A stretch of DNA of 64,000 nucleotides from an uncultured Anaerolineales bacterium (GTDB lineage Bacteria; Chloroflexota; Anaerolineae; UBA1429), in contig CAYOUT010000003.1 of the NCBI GenBank assembly GCA_964407215.1, forward strand, positions 187,648-251,647, in the 5' to 3' direction. Made by a program: the position numbers and the translations under genes. The notes beneath the pieces were generated by a model. The model ran no database searches. It saw nothing but the letters and a program-made list of their open reading frames with translations, and had not been told where the DNA came from. Below are positions 43,138-53,652 of this stretch, in pieces. The stretch's first letter is position 1, and each line of letters starts with the position of its first letter.

Positions 43138-46047
43138 CTATTCGCCGTCCTCTGCGATGCGGATCAGCCAACTGCCGAGCCCGTGAGCGGGTATGCCGAT
43201 CGAGGCGAACCCATCTTTGGCGTCGCATACCTCGCCGATTGGGCGCTCCATGAGGTCGACTGCTTGGGCCGATAGCACGGTGCCCAGTGCCGGCGCGCAT
43301 GCCAACCTGACGCCCGCCAGCGTGCTCGTCGAGTTCGCCAGCCGGATGACGAGCCCTTCGCCCGACTCGGCCCACTTGATGCCGCAGATCGTCGCGCCCT
43401 CTCCCTCCAATATTAACAGGCTGCCCACTGCGGGCAAGTGGCCATTGTGAGGGTCTGTGCCGATCGCCAACAAGGGCTGTTCGTGGGCGGCGGCCAAGGC
43501 GGCAAGTTGCGTATCGGGCGTCGAGGCATCCGGTGAGAGTAAGGCCAGTCGCACAGGGTGCCGATCGACGTCGGGCAGATAGTCGGGATCGTAGCTCGAC
43601 CGCACCAGATTCAACCGAAGCGTTGCGCCGTCCACAGCGTGTCCATGCTTGCAGTCGTTCAGGAGGACTACCGAAGCGCTTCCCTGGCTCGCTTGGCCGG
43701 AAAGCTTGGCCCAACGCAATGCCGGCACTTCCTGGTCGGATCCTGCCGGCCGTTCCAGCGTGCTAAAGGGGATCTCGTAACATGCCGTTACGCCCCGCAA
43801 AGCCGTGGGCACAACCAGCCGCAGATTGGGCACTCCCGTGGAGGCATCGCCTCGCTCGAACCAGTCGATTTCCAGAGCGATGCGCAGGGCGGCCTCACCA
43901 GCGTGGAGCTCGTATCGTGCGCGAATGGTGGAGGCCTGCACACCGTACCGGAGCGTTAGCTCGGCCACATGGGGGCCGTCCGCAATCTCATCCACCTGCA
44001 AAAGCTTTGGCTGTTGTGGCAGGTCGCTGTTCTCTATGATCCAGGCGCTCATCGAGTGCGGGCGCTCCACACTGAACTCGAAACCCACGCCCCCTTCGGA
44101 GGCGTCGATCCGTTCCTCGTTTGCGGTCTTGTCGTAAAACGACACGATCCGTCCGGTCTTGGGGTCGAAAGCAACCGATAGACGGTCGTTCTCCAATCCG
44201 ATGACGTCACGATCGACGTGTGAGTAGCGGCAGTGGTGCTTATGGCGAGTGAGCCAAGAGCCCCGGGGCGCAGCAGGCGGGTCCATACTCTCACTCAGCG
44301 CCACAGTGGTGTAGCCCAGGGCGGGTACAGTAACCGGGACCGCCAGTGTTTGATAGAGATGCCCCCACTCGGAGCCCTTGTCCACCACTTGGACCGGCAA
44401 TGTTTTACCCGAGGCGTCGCGCGCCTCAAATATCTTGTCGTGGAATGGCACTGGTGTGCCGAGCGGCTCCCGGTCCCAGATCGTCAATCGCACCACCTCG
44501 CTCCGCTCGACTTGTGTCGGGTTGTACAGCACAAAGGGGCGCACGGGCGATACTCCGTGTCGATCAGCTAGACTGATACGCCCCTCTTCGGCGCGAATCC
44601 CCGCCCCCGCCCCTTGCCCCCCGGAATTAAAGAGTGCTGGGACTCGGCTCGGCGCCCCGATAGGCCCGGTTACCGAGGCGGTATCCACCTGTGAGGCCAC
44701 GCTTCGTAACGCGCGAGTGGTCAACACCGCCGTGCTGGCCACCGTCTCTTGAAACATGCCGTGCGCATAGGTACGGGTGTCGCGCACACCAGAGCCGGGC
44801 AGGATGTCGTGAAAGTGAGAGAACAGCGTTCGCCGCCAGTTCGCTGCGAGGGTCTCCCCCGGATATGCGGCAGCGTTGGCCAGTCGATCCGCGACACACG
44901 CGAACTCGGCATCCGCTAGGCGCGCCTCTGCCAGGCGATTGGCGCGCTTGATGAGCGACTGCGATGTAAAGCACCCAGAGAACTCGTAGTTTAGTTCACC
45001 CCGGAGCACAGGCAGCTCGTCGCCGGCTTTGCCCAGCTTGTGATAGAAAGCCTGGGCTGGTGCGAACACAAGCGTGGGGAAGACCGGCCAGGTGCTCATC
45101 TCGCGCGCCGCGAGCAGGTCACGGCGCGTGGGCCCGCCGCCGTGGTCGCCCACTCCGTACACCAGCATAGCAAAGCCGAGCCCCACCGACTGGTGCATCG
45201 ACTCCAGTGCTTCGAGAACCTCGTTGGGGTGGATCGAGCAGTTGTAGCCGCGCTTCTGATCGTTGCGCACCAGCACCCGTGAGCCGTCTGGCCCCTCCCA
45301 CCAGAAAGCTTCGGGGACAGGCTGTTGTGCCACGCCCGGTCGGTGAAGGTAGAGATAGCGCACACCGCCTTGGTTCAGATAGGTCGGCACTGTCGCAGCG
45401 TGACCGAATGTATCGGGTGCCCAGTCGATGGCCACGTCCTCGGGCTTGAGGCCGAACAGCCGCTCCATGGCAGCTCTCGTATATAGGAGGTGCCGGCAGA
45501 GTGCCTCACCGCCCACCATGTTTTTGTCCGTCTCTACCCAGTGGCTTGCCGTTACTTCCCAGCGCCCGTCCCGTATGAACTGTGCGATGCGCGGAAGCAA
45601 CTCGGGCTCAAAGGTTTCGGCGATGGCGTACACACTCGCCTGGCTCTGGGAAAAATAGAACTCGGGGAACTCTTCAAGGAGCTCGAGTATCGTGTGAAAG
45701 GTATCAAGAGTGACCGCCACCGTCTCGGGCCACGACCACATCCAGTTCATGTCGATGTGCGCATGGCCGACCAAGTAGAGCGCCCGAGCTTTGGCCGCCC
45801 CGGCCATCGGTGCAAGCGCTGTCTCGACCTGCGCCACCAGTTGAGGCCAGTCAACCCCGCCAGGCGCCAGGGCCTCGGCTATCACATTCTTGGCCTGCTC
45901 GATCGCGTCGGGCCAACCCGCTCCAGGCGCGGCTTCTGTGGCCGCGAGGTGCTCTGCAAACCGGATCTGAGAGCGTATCCGCATCCAGGCCGAATCGCGC
46001 CACATCGTGTTGACGTGTGCCAATCGCTTCAACTGCATCATGTTCAT
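43138..46047 (-). CDS. GH38 alpha-mannosidase family glycoside hydrolase (second copy, 969 aa)
   Basis: GHAHIDMNWMW, APDTFGH, YGVGDHGGGPT, SHFHDILPGSG, LLNDCKHGH. Confidence 0.92.
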   Translation of the reverse strand: MNMMQLKRLAHVNTMWRDSAWMRIRSQIRFAEHLAATEAAPGAGWPDAIEQAKNVIAEALAPGGVDWPQLVAQVETALAPMAGAAKARALYLVGHAHIDMNWMWSWPETVAVTLDTFHTILELLEEFPEFYFSQSQASVYAIAETFEPELLPRIAQFIRDGRWEVTASHWVETDKNMVGGEALCRHLLYTRAAMERLFGLKPEDVAIDWAPDTFGHAATVPTYLNQGGVRYLYLHRPGVAQQPVPEAFWWEGPDGSRVLVRNDQKRGYNCSIHPNEVLEALESMHQSVGLGFAMLVYGVGDHGGGPTRRDLLAAREMSTWPVFPTLVFAPAQAFYHKLGKAGDELPVLRGELNYEFSGCFTSQSLIKRANRLAEARLADAEFACVADRLANAAAYPGETLAANWRRTLFSHFHDILPGSGVRDTRTYAHGMFQETVASTAVLTTRALRSVASQVDTASVTGPIGAPSRVPALFNSGGQGAGAGIRAEEGRISLADRHGVSPVRPFVLYNPTQVERSEVVRLTIWDREPLGTPVPFHDKIFEARDASGKTLPVQVVDKGSEWGHLYQTLAVPVTVPALGYTTVALSESMDPPAAPRGSWLTRHKHHCRYSHVDRDVIGLENDRLSVAFDPKTGRIVSFYDKTANEERIDASEGGVGFEFSVERPHSMSAWIIENSDLPQQPKLLQVDEIADGPHVAELTLRYGVQASTIRARYELHAGEAALRIALEIDWFERGDASTGVPNLRLVVPTALRGVTACYEIPFSTLERPAGSDQEVPALRWAKLSGQASQGSASVVLLNDCKHGHAVDGATLRLNLVRSSYDPDYLPDVDRHPVRLALLSPDASTPDTQLAALAAAHEQPLLAIGTDPHNGHLPAVGSLLILEGEGATICGIKWAESGEGLVIRLANSTSTLAGVRLACAPALGTVLSAQAVDLMERPIGEVCDAKDGFASIGIPAHGLGSWLIRIAEDGE

Positions 46048-46436
46048 CCTCTTGGTCCTCTCTGTGAAAGTAAAGGTTTCAGCTCAACTACAGTGTTCGA
46101 TGCTCACCCAACGGGCGGGTGTCCGTATACAGTGTTGGTGCGCCCCTTTCGGGAAGCATCCACCTCGGGCGCACTACGATTGCTTCCACGCCTGGGTGGA
46201 CACTATCGCCAAGCACCCACGGCGCTCAATCCTGTGGTGTTACAGATAAAAGCCCTATCGCGCCCCTAGGGAGCGGGCCGCCCAGCCGATGGGCCGGATA
46301 CACCTGCTCTTGTGGAAAAGCTGCCGAGAAGAGCGTACCACCTTGCTTCGCGTCCGTAAAGGCAACGGGCGTGCTTCTCTCCTGGGGCAACCAGAAGCGT
46401 GGACACTTGCAGGAGTGTCGCCGGTATCGCCCTGAT

Positions 46437-46465
46437 TTGCGCCGTTTGGCGTTCCATGCTATACT
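46437..46465 (+). promoter_or_regulatory. Sigma70-type promoter of rpsO
   Basis: TTGCGC-N17-TATACT with extended -10 TG. Confidence 0.6.
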
Positions 46466-46507
46466 TGCGTCGGATTTGAGCACAGCAGTAGGAAGGGGCA
46501 CTAGGCC

Positions 46508-46777
46508 ATGGCGTTGACCAAGAGTGAAAAAGATTCGATAGTGAGTGTCTATCATCGGCACGAAGCTGATACCGGGTCTCCCGAGGTTCAGGTGGCCATC
46601 CTAACCACGCGTATCAATCGGCTGACTGAGCATCTCAAAGAGCACAAGAGCGATGAACACTCTCGTCGTGGCCTGCTCAAGCTGGTTGGGCAACGTCGGC
46701 GACATCTGAACTATCTGAGCAAGAAGGATGAGGAAAAGTACAGGGAGATCTTGGCGCGTCTTGGTCTGCGTCGCTAG
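46508..46777 (+). CDS. rpsO: 30S ribosomal protein S15
   Basis: [50 protein letters not shown]. Confidence 0.99.
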   Translation: MALTKSEKDSIVSVYHRHEADTGSPEVQVAILTTRINRLTEHLKEHKSDEHSRRGLLKLVGQRRRHLNYLSKKDEEKYREILARLGLRR

Positions 46778-46823
46778 CCTCTGCTGTCTCTGTCATAGTA
46801 ACACAGCAACCAAGTGGTCGGAG

Positions 46824-46858
46824 GAGTAGATGGTTGTATAGTGCCATCTACTCTTTTT
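46824..46858 (+). terminator. Intrinsic terminator after rpsO
   Basis: GAGTAGATGG-N10-CCATCTACTC-TTTTT. Confidence 0.85.
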
Positions 46859-46897
46859 CATTATCGGAGCGCGTCGGTTCGCGCTTGGCAAATTGGA

Positions 46898-46989
46898 GGG
46901 AGTCGCGCCGGGTTGCGCAGGAATTGGGGTATGCGCCTCACACGTGGTGAGACTTATCCCCCAATCCCTGGACAACTCGCCGATCTCCC
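46898..46989 (+). promoter_or_regulatory. Long imperfect stem-loop in the pnp 5' leader (putative RNase III / autoregulatory element)
   Basis: GGGAG/CTCCC, TCG/CGA, CGGGTTG/CAACTCG, CAGG/CCTG, ATTGGGG/CCCCAAT, ATG/TAT, CTCAC/GTGAG stack into a hairpin of about 92 nt ending 28 nt before the pnp ATG. Confidence 0.65.
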
Positions 46990-47017
46990 GAACTCACAAA
47001 CGGGAGAGTGTAACAGT

Positions 47018-49225
47018 ATGAGTCAGGTAAAACAGTATAGGGTCACCCTCGGTGGCGAGGAGGTCCTGATCGAGACCGGCAAGCTGGCGTTTCAAGCTGG
47101 TGGGGCGGTTACGGTCAGGCTCGGAGACTCGATGGTTCTCGTCACAGCCACCGCGAGCAAGGAGCCGCGAGAAGGCATCGATTTCTTTCCTTTGACTGTG
47201 GACTTTGAGGAGCGCCGGGCATCGGCGGGCAAGATCCCGGGCGGCTTTTTCAAACGGGAGGGTAGACCCTCGACCGAATCGATCCTCCTTGCCCGCAACG
47301 TGGACCGCCCGATCCGCCCGCTTTTCCCCGACGGCTATCACAACGACGTCCAGATCGTGATCACCCCGCTATCCACCGATGGCGAGCACCAGCTCGACGT
47401 GCTCTCCGCCATAGGTGCATCTGCGGCTCTCACGATCTCGGAAGTGCCGTTTCAGGGCCCCACAGCAGCTGTGCGTGTGGGCTATATCGACGGTGATTAT
47501 GTGGTAAACCCCACGCTGAGCCAGATGGACGGCAGCACACTGGATCTGCTCGTAGCTGGCACGGCCGACTCTGTGCTGATGATCGAGGCCGGCGCTGGCG
47601 AGTTCGACGAGGACAAAATACTCGAGGCGACCCGCCGCGGACATGAGGCGATGCAGGATCTCATCGCGATACAGCGCCGCATGGGTGAAGAGATTGGTAA
47701 AGACAAGTTCTACGGTGGCTCGAACGCTATCGACGAGCAGCTGTTGGCGCGCGTCCGCGCGATCGCCGGTGCGCCGCTGACGGACTTGGTGGCACAAGGG
47801 TTATCCAGAGAGGAGCGGAGGGCTCGAGAGGCGACTCTTGAAGCTGATGCAATGGAGGCCCTCGGAGAGGATGTTGATCACACTGCGGCTGCCGCGGCTT
47901 TTGAGAAGGTGCTGCAGGATGCTATGCGACAGCGGATTCTTGACGCGGGCGTCCGTATCGATGGGCGCGATACCCGCACTATTCGCGAGCTCGAGGCTGA
48001 GGCCGGCCTGCTTCCGCGCACACATGGCTCCGGCCTGTTCCGCCGAGGCGAAACCCAGGTGTTGACGACCGTCACCCTGGGGACTGCTGCCGACGAACAG
48101 ACCATCGAGCACATCAGCGGTGAAGAGAGCTCTGAGCGGTACATGCACCACTATAACTTTCCTCCCTACAGCACCGGCGAGACCCGTCCGTTGCGCGGCC
48201 CCAGGCGCCGCGAGATCGGCCATGGCGCGCTGGCGCAACGTGCGTTAGAGCCCGTGCTCCCGGGCGAGGAGACCTTCCCGTACACTATCCGTGCCGTGTC
48301 GGAGGTGTTGTCATCCAACGGATCGACTTCTATGGCCAGTGTGTGTGCTTCAACGCTGGCGCTGTTGGATGCGGGCGTTCCGCTGACGGCGGCGGTCGCA
48401 GGTATTGCCATGGGCGTCATCACTGAGGGGGATCGCTGGTCCGTCCTTACTGACATCCAAGGGCTGGAGGATCACCTAGGCGACATGGATTTCAAGGTGG
48501 CGGGCACCGAGCGCGGCATTACCGCCATCCAGCTCGACGTCAAGATCCCGGGCTTGCGTTGGGAGATCATCAACGAAACCCTAGCGCAGGCGCGTGAGGC
48601 GCGACTCAGAATACTCGAGGTGATACGAGGGGCTATCGCGGGGCCGAGGGAGGACCTCTCGCCCTATGCACCGCGCATCCAGTCACTCAAGATCCCTGTG
48701 GAGAAAATCGGTGCCCTGATCGGCCCGGGCGGCAAGATGATTCGGAGCATCATCGAGGAGACGGGCGTCAGTATCGATGTAGAGGATGATGGCACGGTGC
48801 TGGTGGCTTCGAACAACGGCGAGGCATCGCGGCGCGCCATTGAACGCATCACAGAACTCACCGCAGTGCCCGAGATCGGCCGCATCTACACGGGCAAAGT
48901 GGTTCGCACAACGGACTTTGGTGCCTTTGTAGAGTTCTTGCCCGGCCAGGACGGGCTTGTCCATATCTCTCAGTTGGCCGACTATCGAGTTCCTCAGGTG
49001 GAGGACGTCGTTCAGGTGGGCGACGAGATCATGGTAATGGTGATCGGTATCGACTCTGAGGGCAAGGTCAAGCTGTCTCGCCAGGCCGTTCTTGAAGGCT
49101 GGACGGCCGAGGAGGCGCGCGAGCGCGACCAAAGGCCCAGCCGGCCGAGGAGCAGCGGAGGCCCTCGCCGACAGGACGGAGGGCGCCCAAGGCGGCCGGG
49201 AGGCGATGGCCGCAGCCAAAGATAG
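47018..49225 (+). CDS. pnp: Polyribonucleotide nucleotidyltransferase (PNPase)
   Basis: Start MSQVKQY; ETGKLAFQAGG, FFPLTVDF, RIDGR, RRREIGHG, SNGSTSMASVC, DMDFKVAG, KH and S1 domains. Confidence 0.99.
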   Translation: MSQVKQYRVTLGGEEVLIETGKLAFQAGGAVTVRLGDSMVLVTATASKEPREGIDFFPLTVDFEERRASAGKIPGGFFKREGRPSTESILLARNVDRPIRPLFPDGYHNDVQIVITPLSTDGEHQLDVLSAIGASAALTISEVPFQGPTAAVRVGYIDGDYVVNPTLSQMDGSTLDLLVAGTADSVLMIEAGAGEFDEDKILEATRRGHEAMQDLIAIQRRMGEEIGKDKFYGGSNAIDEQLLARVRAIAGAPLTDLVAQGLSREERRAREATLEADAMEALGEDVDHTAAAAAFEKVLQDAMRQRILDAGVRIDGRDTRTIRELEAEAGLLPRTHGSGLFRRGETQVLTTVTLGTAADEQTIEHISGEESSERYMHHYNFPPYSTGETRPLRGPRRREIGHGALAQRALEPVLPGEETFPYTIRAVSEVLSSNGSTSMASVCASTLALLDAGVPLTAAVAGIAMGVITEGDRWSVLTDIQGLEDHLGDMDFKVAGTERGITAIQLDVKIPGLRWEIINETLAQAREARLRILEVIRGAIAGPREDLSPYAPRIQSLKIPVEKIGALIGPGGKMIRSIIEETGVSIDVEDDGTVLVASNNGEASRRAIERITELTAVPEIGRIYTGKVVRTTDFGAFVEFLPGQDGLVHISQLADYRVPQVEDVVQVGDEIMVMVIGIDSEGKVKLSRQAVLEGWTAEEARERDQRPSRPRSSGGPRRQDGGRPRRPGGDGRSQR

Positions 49226-49278
49226 ATTAGTCTGGCGCGGGTCTGCGAGGGCGGGCCCGCGTCTGTCTTGGGAGTCTC

Positions 49279-49830
49279 ATGGGCGAGCAGTCGGACGGAA
49301 AAGGGCAGTTGGAGGAGGCCAAGTCGTGGTTGCACGATCTGCTTGAGGCCCTGATACCTGCTCTAGTGATCGTGCTGGTGGTGAACGTCTTTTTGGCGCA
49401 GGCTACGCGCGTCGAGGGACAGAGCATGGCACCCAGCTTACACCCGAGCGAACGCCTCATCGTCGAAAAGATATCCTATCGGTTTCATCAGCCGCAACGT
49501 GGCGATATCGTGGTGCTCGAATCGCCTCGTCGCAACTCGGATCCACTCATCAAGCGGGTTATAGGCCTTCCTGGTGAGACGATTGAAATCCGCGGTAGTG
49601 CTGTGTTTATCGATGGAACACAGCTGTACGAACCCTATCTCACGCAGCCCACGGTGGGTGACTTTTCTCTGCAGCTCATACCCGAAGAGCATGTCTTTGT
49701 GATGGGAGATAATCGAGGGTCGAGTAACGACTCGCGGGCTTTCGGTGTGGTTCCCTTGGGCGATGTGATCGGAAGAGCGTGGCTGCGTTACTGGCCACCC
49801 TCTGAGGTAGGTTTCATGAGCGCGCCGTGA
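49279..49830 (+). CDS. lepB: Signal peptidase I (second paralog)
   Basis: GQSM, PLIKRVIGLPG, FVMGDNR..SNDSR. Confidence 0.93.
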   Translation: MGEQSDGKGQLEEAKSWLHDLLEALIPALVIVLVVNVFLAQATRVEGQSMAPSLHPSERLIVEKISYRFHQPQRGDIVVLESPRRNSDPLIKRVIGLPGETIEIRGSAVFIDGTQLYEPYLTQPTVGDFSLQLIPEEHVFVMGDNRGSSNDSRAFGVVPLGDVIGRAWLRYWPPSEVGFMSAP

Positions 49831-49996
49831 GCTGAATTCACAAGGTCGATGAAGGCCGGCAATTGCTCCCCAAAATCCTTGACCAGTAGTCCGTCCTGTG
49901 GTATCATTCGATTGGATTCTGAATCCGTTCTCGTGGTTGGGTGTAAAAGCCGAGTCAGACTAGACGTTGCCACACAACGAAGGAGGTCTTTTGGGC

Positions 49997-50770
49997 ATGA
50001 AGCATCGTGCCCAGAGCGTCTTGGTAGCACGCGCCGTCCTAGTCCTTGCGATGTTGCTCGTTGTAGGTTGCCAGCGAGCCAAGCCCCCACGGACGGTGTT
50101 CGCGCCTGAGCATAGAACACCGGCTCTGGCGCGTCTCGAAGCTGCACAGGGCCCTGTGGAAGAGATGCCGACAACCTCCTCGCCAATCGCTGAGGAGCTG
50201 GAAGAGCCCACGCTCGCTCCTACAGCTCAGCCTGAGGAGATATCGGAAGAGGCCCCGACCGCGACGCCTGGTCCTCCTCTGGAGACGGAAGAGGTCCAGT
50301 ACGTCGTTAAAGTGGGGGACACGCTACTTGATATCGCTATCCGGTTCGATACAACCACCGAAGCGCTCATGACGCGCAACAATCTGGCCGATCCGGATAG
50401 GCTTTCAGTGGGGCAGGCACTCTGGATCCCCACGACCGTGACGGTATCCTCCGGCGCTGGCAGCACTATCAGACACACTGTTGAGGCATCGGATTCGTTG
50501 GTGTCTATCGCCTTGGCGTATCGCACCACGGTGTTAGAGATTCTGCGAGCAAACTCTTTCGGGCTCAATTCCCAAGGCCTCGAAGAGGGCACTGTGATCC
50601 AAGTGCCGGTGGACACACACCCATCGGTGCGCACCCATACCGTCAATGCGGGAGAGAATCTGGGAGAAATCGCCCAAGAATATGGCGTGACAGCACAAGA
50701 TGTGGTCAATGCCAGTGGGCTGCTGGACCCCGATAGACTGGATGTCGGACAAGTGTTGCTAATCCCCTAG
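49997..50770 (+). CDS. LysM peptidoglycan-binding lipoprotein (three LysM domains)
   Basis: Lipobox LVVGC, Pro/Thr/Glu linker, YVVKVGDTLLDIA, HTVEASDSLVSIA, HTVNAGENLGEIA repeats. Confidence 0.9.
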   Translation: MKHRAQSVLVARAVLVLAMLLVVGCQRAKPPRTVFAPEHRTPALARLEAAQGPVEEMPTTSSPIAEELEEPTLAPTAQPEEISEEAPTATPGPPLETEEVQYVVKVGDTLLDIAIRFDTTTEALMTRNNLADPDRLSVGQALWIPTTVTVSSGAGSTIRHTVEASDSLVSIALAYRTTVLEILRANSFGLNSQGLEEGTVIQVPVDTHPSVRTHTVNAGENLGEIAQEYGVTAQDVVNASGLLDPDRLDVGQVLLIP

Positions 50771-50957
50771 GTGGTGCGGTTCTCGCTCATCGATATGGCG
50801 TGGCGGCTCCCAGGTGCCTTGACATAAGGCCCGATTGATAGGGGGGTCGTGTCGTTCTGGGCGGCAGACTGCAAAGTGTATCAGTTCGAGTTCTCTCACA
50901 GCGGTGTTTCTGGCGTATAGCCCGGGCTGCTGTGATTCTTTCTTTTACGGTGGCGTC

Positions 50958-52634
50958 ATGTCCAGAAACTCGTGGATCGCACTGATCATCGCGTTGGTTT
51001 TACTCTGTATGATCAGTGCAGTGGCTGTACCGGCCGCATATGTAGCCTATCATGCACTGATACGTCCCACGACCGAGATGAGCAGCGCGCAGCCCAGCCC
51101 GGCGCGACCTACCACTCCCGGGGCCTCCGGAGCAGAAGTCTCGAGCGGAGGGACATTACGCTTGGCGGGCGCCCTGCCACCAACCCTGGACCCAGCGATG
51201 GCACAGGATACGACCTCTGCTGAGTACATTGTGCACCTCTTCAGTGGGCTGGTGGGGCTCGATAGCGATTTGGAGGTCATACCGGATCTCGCATCGGGCT
51301 GGGATACCAGCGAGGATGGGCGAACTTATACGTTTCACCTGTTGCCCGGCGCGGTTTTCGGGGACGGCAAACGTATCACCTCCGAGGATATCATCTATTC
51401 ACTGGAGAGAGCTTGTGCCCCTACCCTGGGCTCGCCCGTCGCTGCGTCGTATCTGGGGGATATCGTCGGTGTTGACGAGATGATCGCGGGCCAAGCCGAG
51501 CACATTTCTGGCCTGCGTGCCGTTGACGAGCACACCATCGAGATCACCATCGATGCGCCCAAGGCGTACTTTTTGGCCAAACTCACGTATCCTACGGCTT
51601 TTGTGGTAGATCGTGCACAGATCGAGCGCGAGGGCGACTCTTGGATGCTCCATCCCAACGGCAGCGGGCCGTTCGTGCTCGAAAGCATCGATCGCGACCG
51701 CATGGTGCTCACCAGAAACCCCAATTATTACCGTCAACCGGCCAAGCTGTACCGTGTCGAGTACCTGTTCACGGCTGGCGTGCCCATTACGATGTACGAG
51801 AACGATGAGTTGGACATCGTGGGCGTCTCACCGGCTGAGATCGAGAGAGTTCAGGACCCTAGCAACCCGCTCCACAACGAGCTTTACATCAACCCGGAGC
51901 TCAGCGTGAGTTACCTCGGCCTGAACGTGACACTCCCGCCCTTTGACGATCCGTTGGTGAGACAGGCCTTTGCCTATGCGCTGGATAAGCGCAAGATCGC
52001 TGATCTGGTGCTCAACGGCACCTCTCTGCCGGCTGATCAGATCCTGCCTCCTGTTCTGCCGGACTATGACAACGAGTTTGAGGGGATACCCTATGATCCG
52101 GCAAAAGCCCAGACGCTATTGGCTGCTTCGCGCTACGGCGGGGCAGATGCCATGCCAGAGGTTGTGCTCTCGATCAGTGGCGTCAGTGGATTCATGGACG
52201 GGATGACCCAAGCGATCGTCGCCATGCTGGAAGAGAGCCTGGGGATCGATGTTATGGTGGAACAAGTCGACTGGTCTGACTTTTTGGATGATATGAACCG
52301 CAACCGCTATCAGCTCTTTTCCGCGGGGTGGTTTGGTGACTATCCGGACTCGCAGAACTTTCTAGACCTACTATTTCACAGCGGGAGTGCACAGAACCAT
52401 ATGGGGTACAGTAACCCCGAGGTGGATCTCCTGCTGAAGCAGGCCCGTACGGAGTTGGACCCCCAGCAGCGTACGGATCTCTATCGTCAGGCGCAGCGCC
52501 TCATCGTGATGGACGCCTCTTGGATACCGCTTACGCATGGGATAGACTTTACTCTCGTCAAGCCTCATGTGGCTGGATACCAAACTAATGCAGTTATGTA
52601 TCCTTGGCTAAAAGAGGTATACTTGACTGATTAG
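50958..52634 (+). CDS. Peptide/nickel ABC transporter substrate-binding protein (family 5)
   Basis: N-terminal anchor; TLDPA, LFSGLV..D....PDLA..W..S.DG.TYTF.L, GSGPF, W.GDYPD. Confidence 0.92.
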   Translation: MSRNSWIALIIALVLLCMISAVAVPAAYVAYHALIRPTTEMSSAQPSPARPTTPGASGAEVSSGGTLRLAGALPPTLDPAMAQDTTSAEYIVHLFSGLVGLDSDLEVIPDLASGWDTSEDGRTYTFHLLPGAVFGDGKRITSEDIIYSLERACAPTLGSPVAASYLGDIVGVDEMIAGQAEHISGLRAVDEHTIEITIDAPKAYFLAKLTYPTAFVVDRAQIEREGDSWMLHPNGSGPFVLESIDRDRMVLTRNPNYYRQPAKLYRVEYLFTAGVPITMYENDELDIVGVSPAEIERVQDPSNPLHNELYINPELSVSYLGLNVTLPPFDDPLVRQAFAYALDKRKIADLVLNGTSLPADQILPPVLPDYDNEFEGIPYDPAKAQTLLAASRYGGADAMPEVVLSISGVSGFMDGMTQAIVAMLEESLGIDVMVEQVDWSDFLDDMNRNRYQLFSAGWFGDYPDSQNFLDLLFHSGSAQNHMGYSNPEVDLLLKQARTELDPQQRTDLYRQAQRLIVMDASWIPLTHGIDFTLVKPHVAGYQTNAVMYPWLKEVYLTD

Positions 52635-52659
52635 TATTCCCTAGTTCGGAGGCTTTGTT

Positions 52660-53648
<989 letters not shown>

Positions 53649-53652
<4 letters not shown>

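Noticed and set aside
46114-46210. Known riboswitch or ribozyme classes (fluoride, ZTP, c-di-GMP-II, cobalamin, HDV-like)
   Set aside because: Only short fragments match (GGCGATAGTGT, CGCCTGGG, GGGAAG); the required stems and conserved cores are missing.
46814-47017. 68-aa N-terminal extension of PNPase in the track ORF
   Set aside because: Spans the rpsO terminator and leader hairpin; the conserved PNPase sequence and RBS (GGGAG) indicate the start at 47018.
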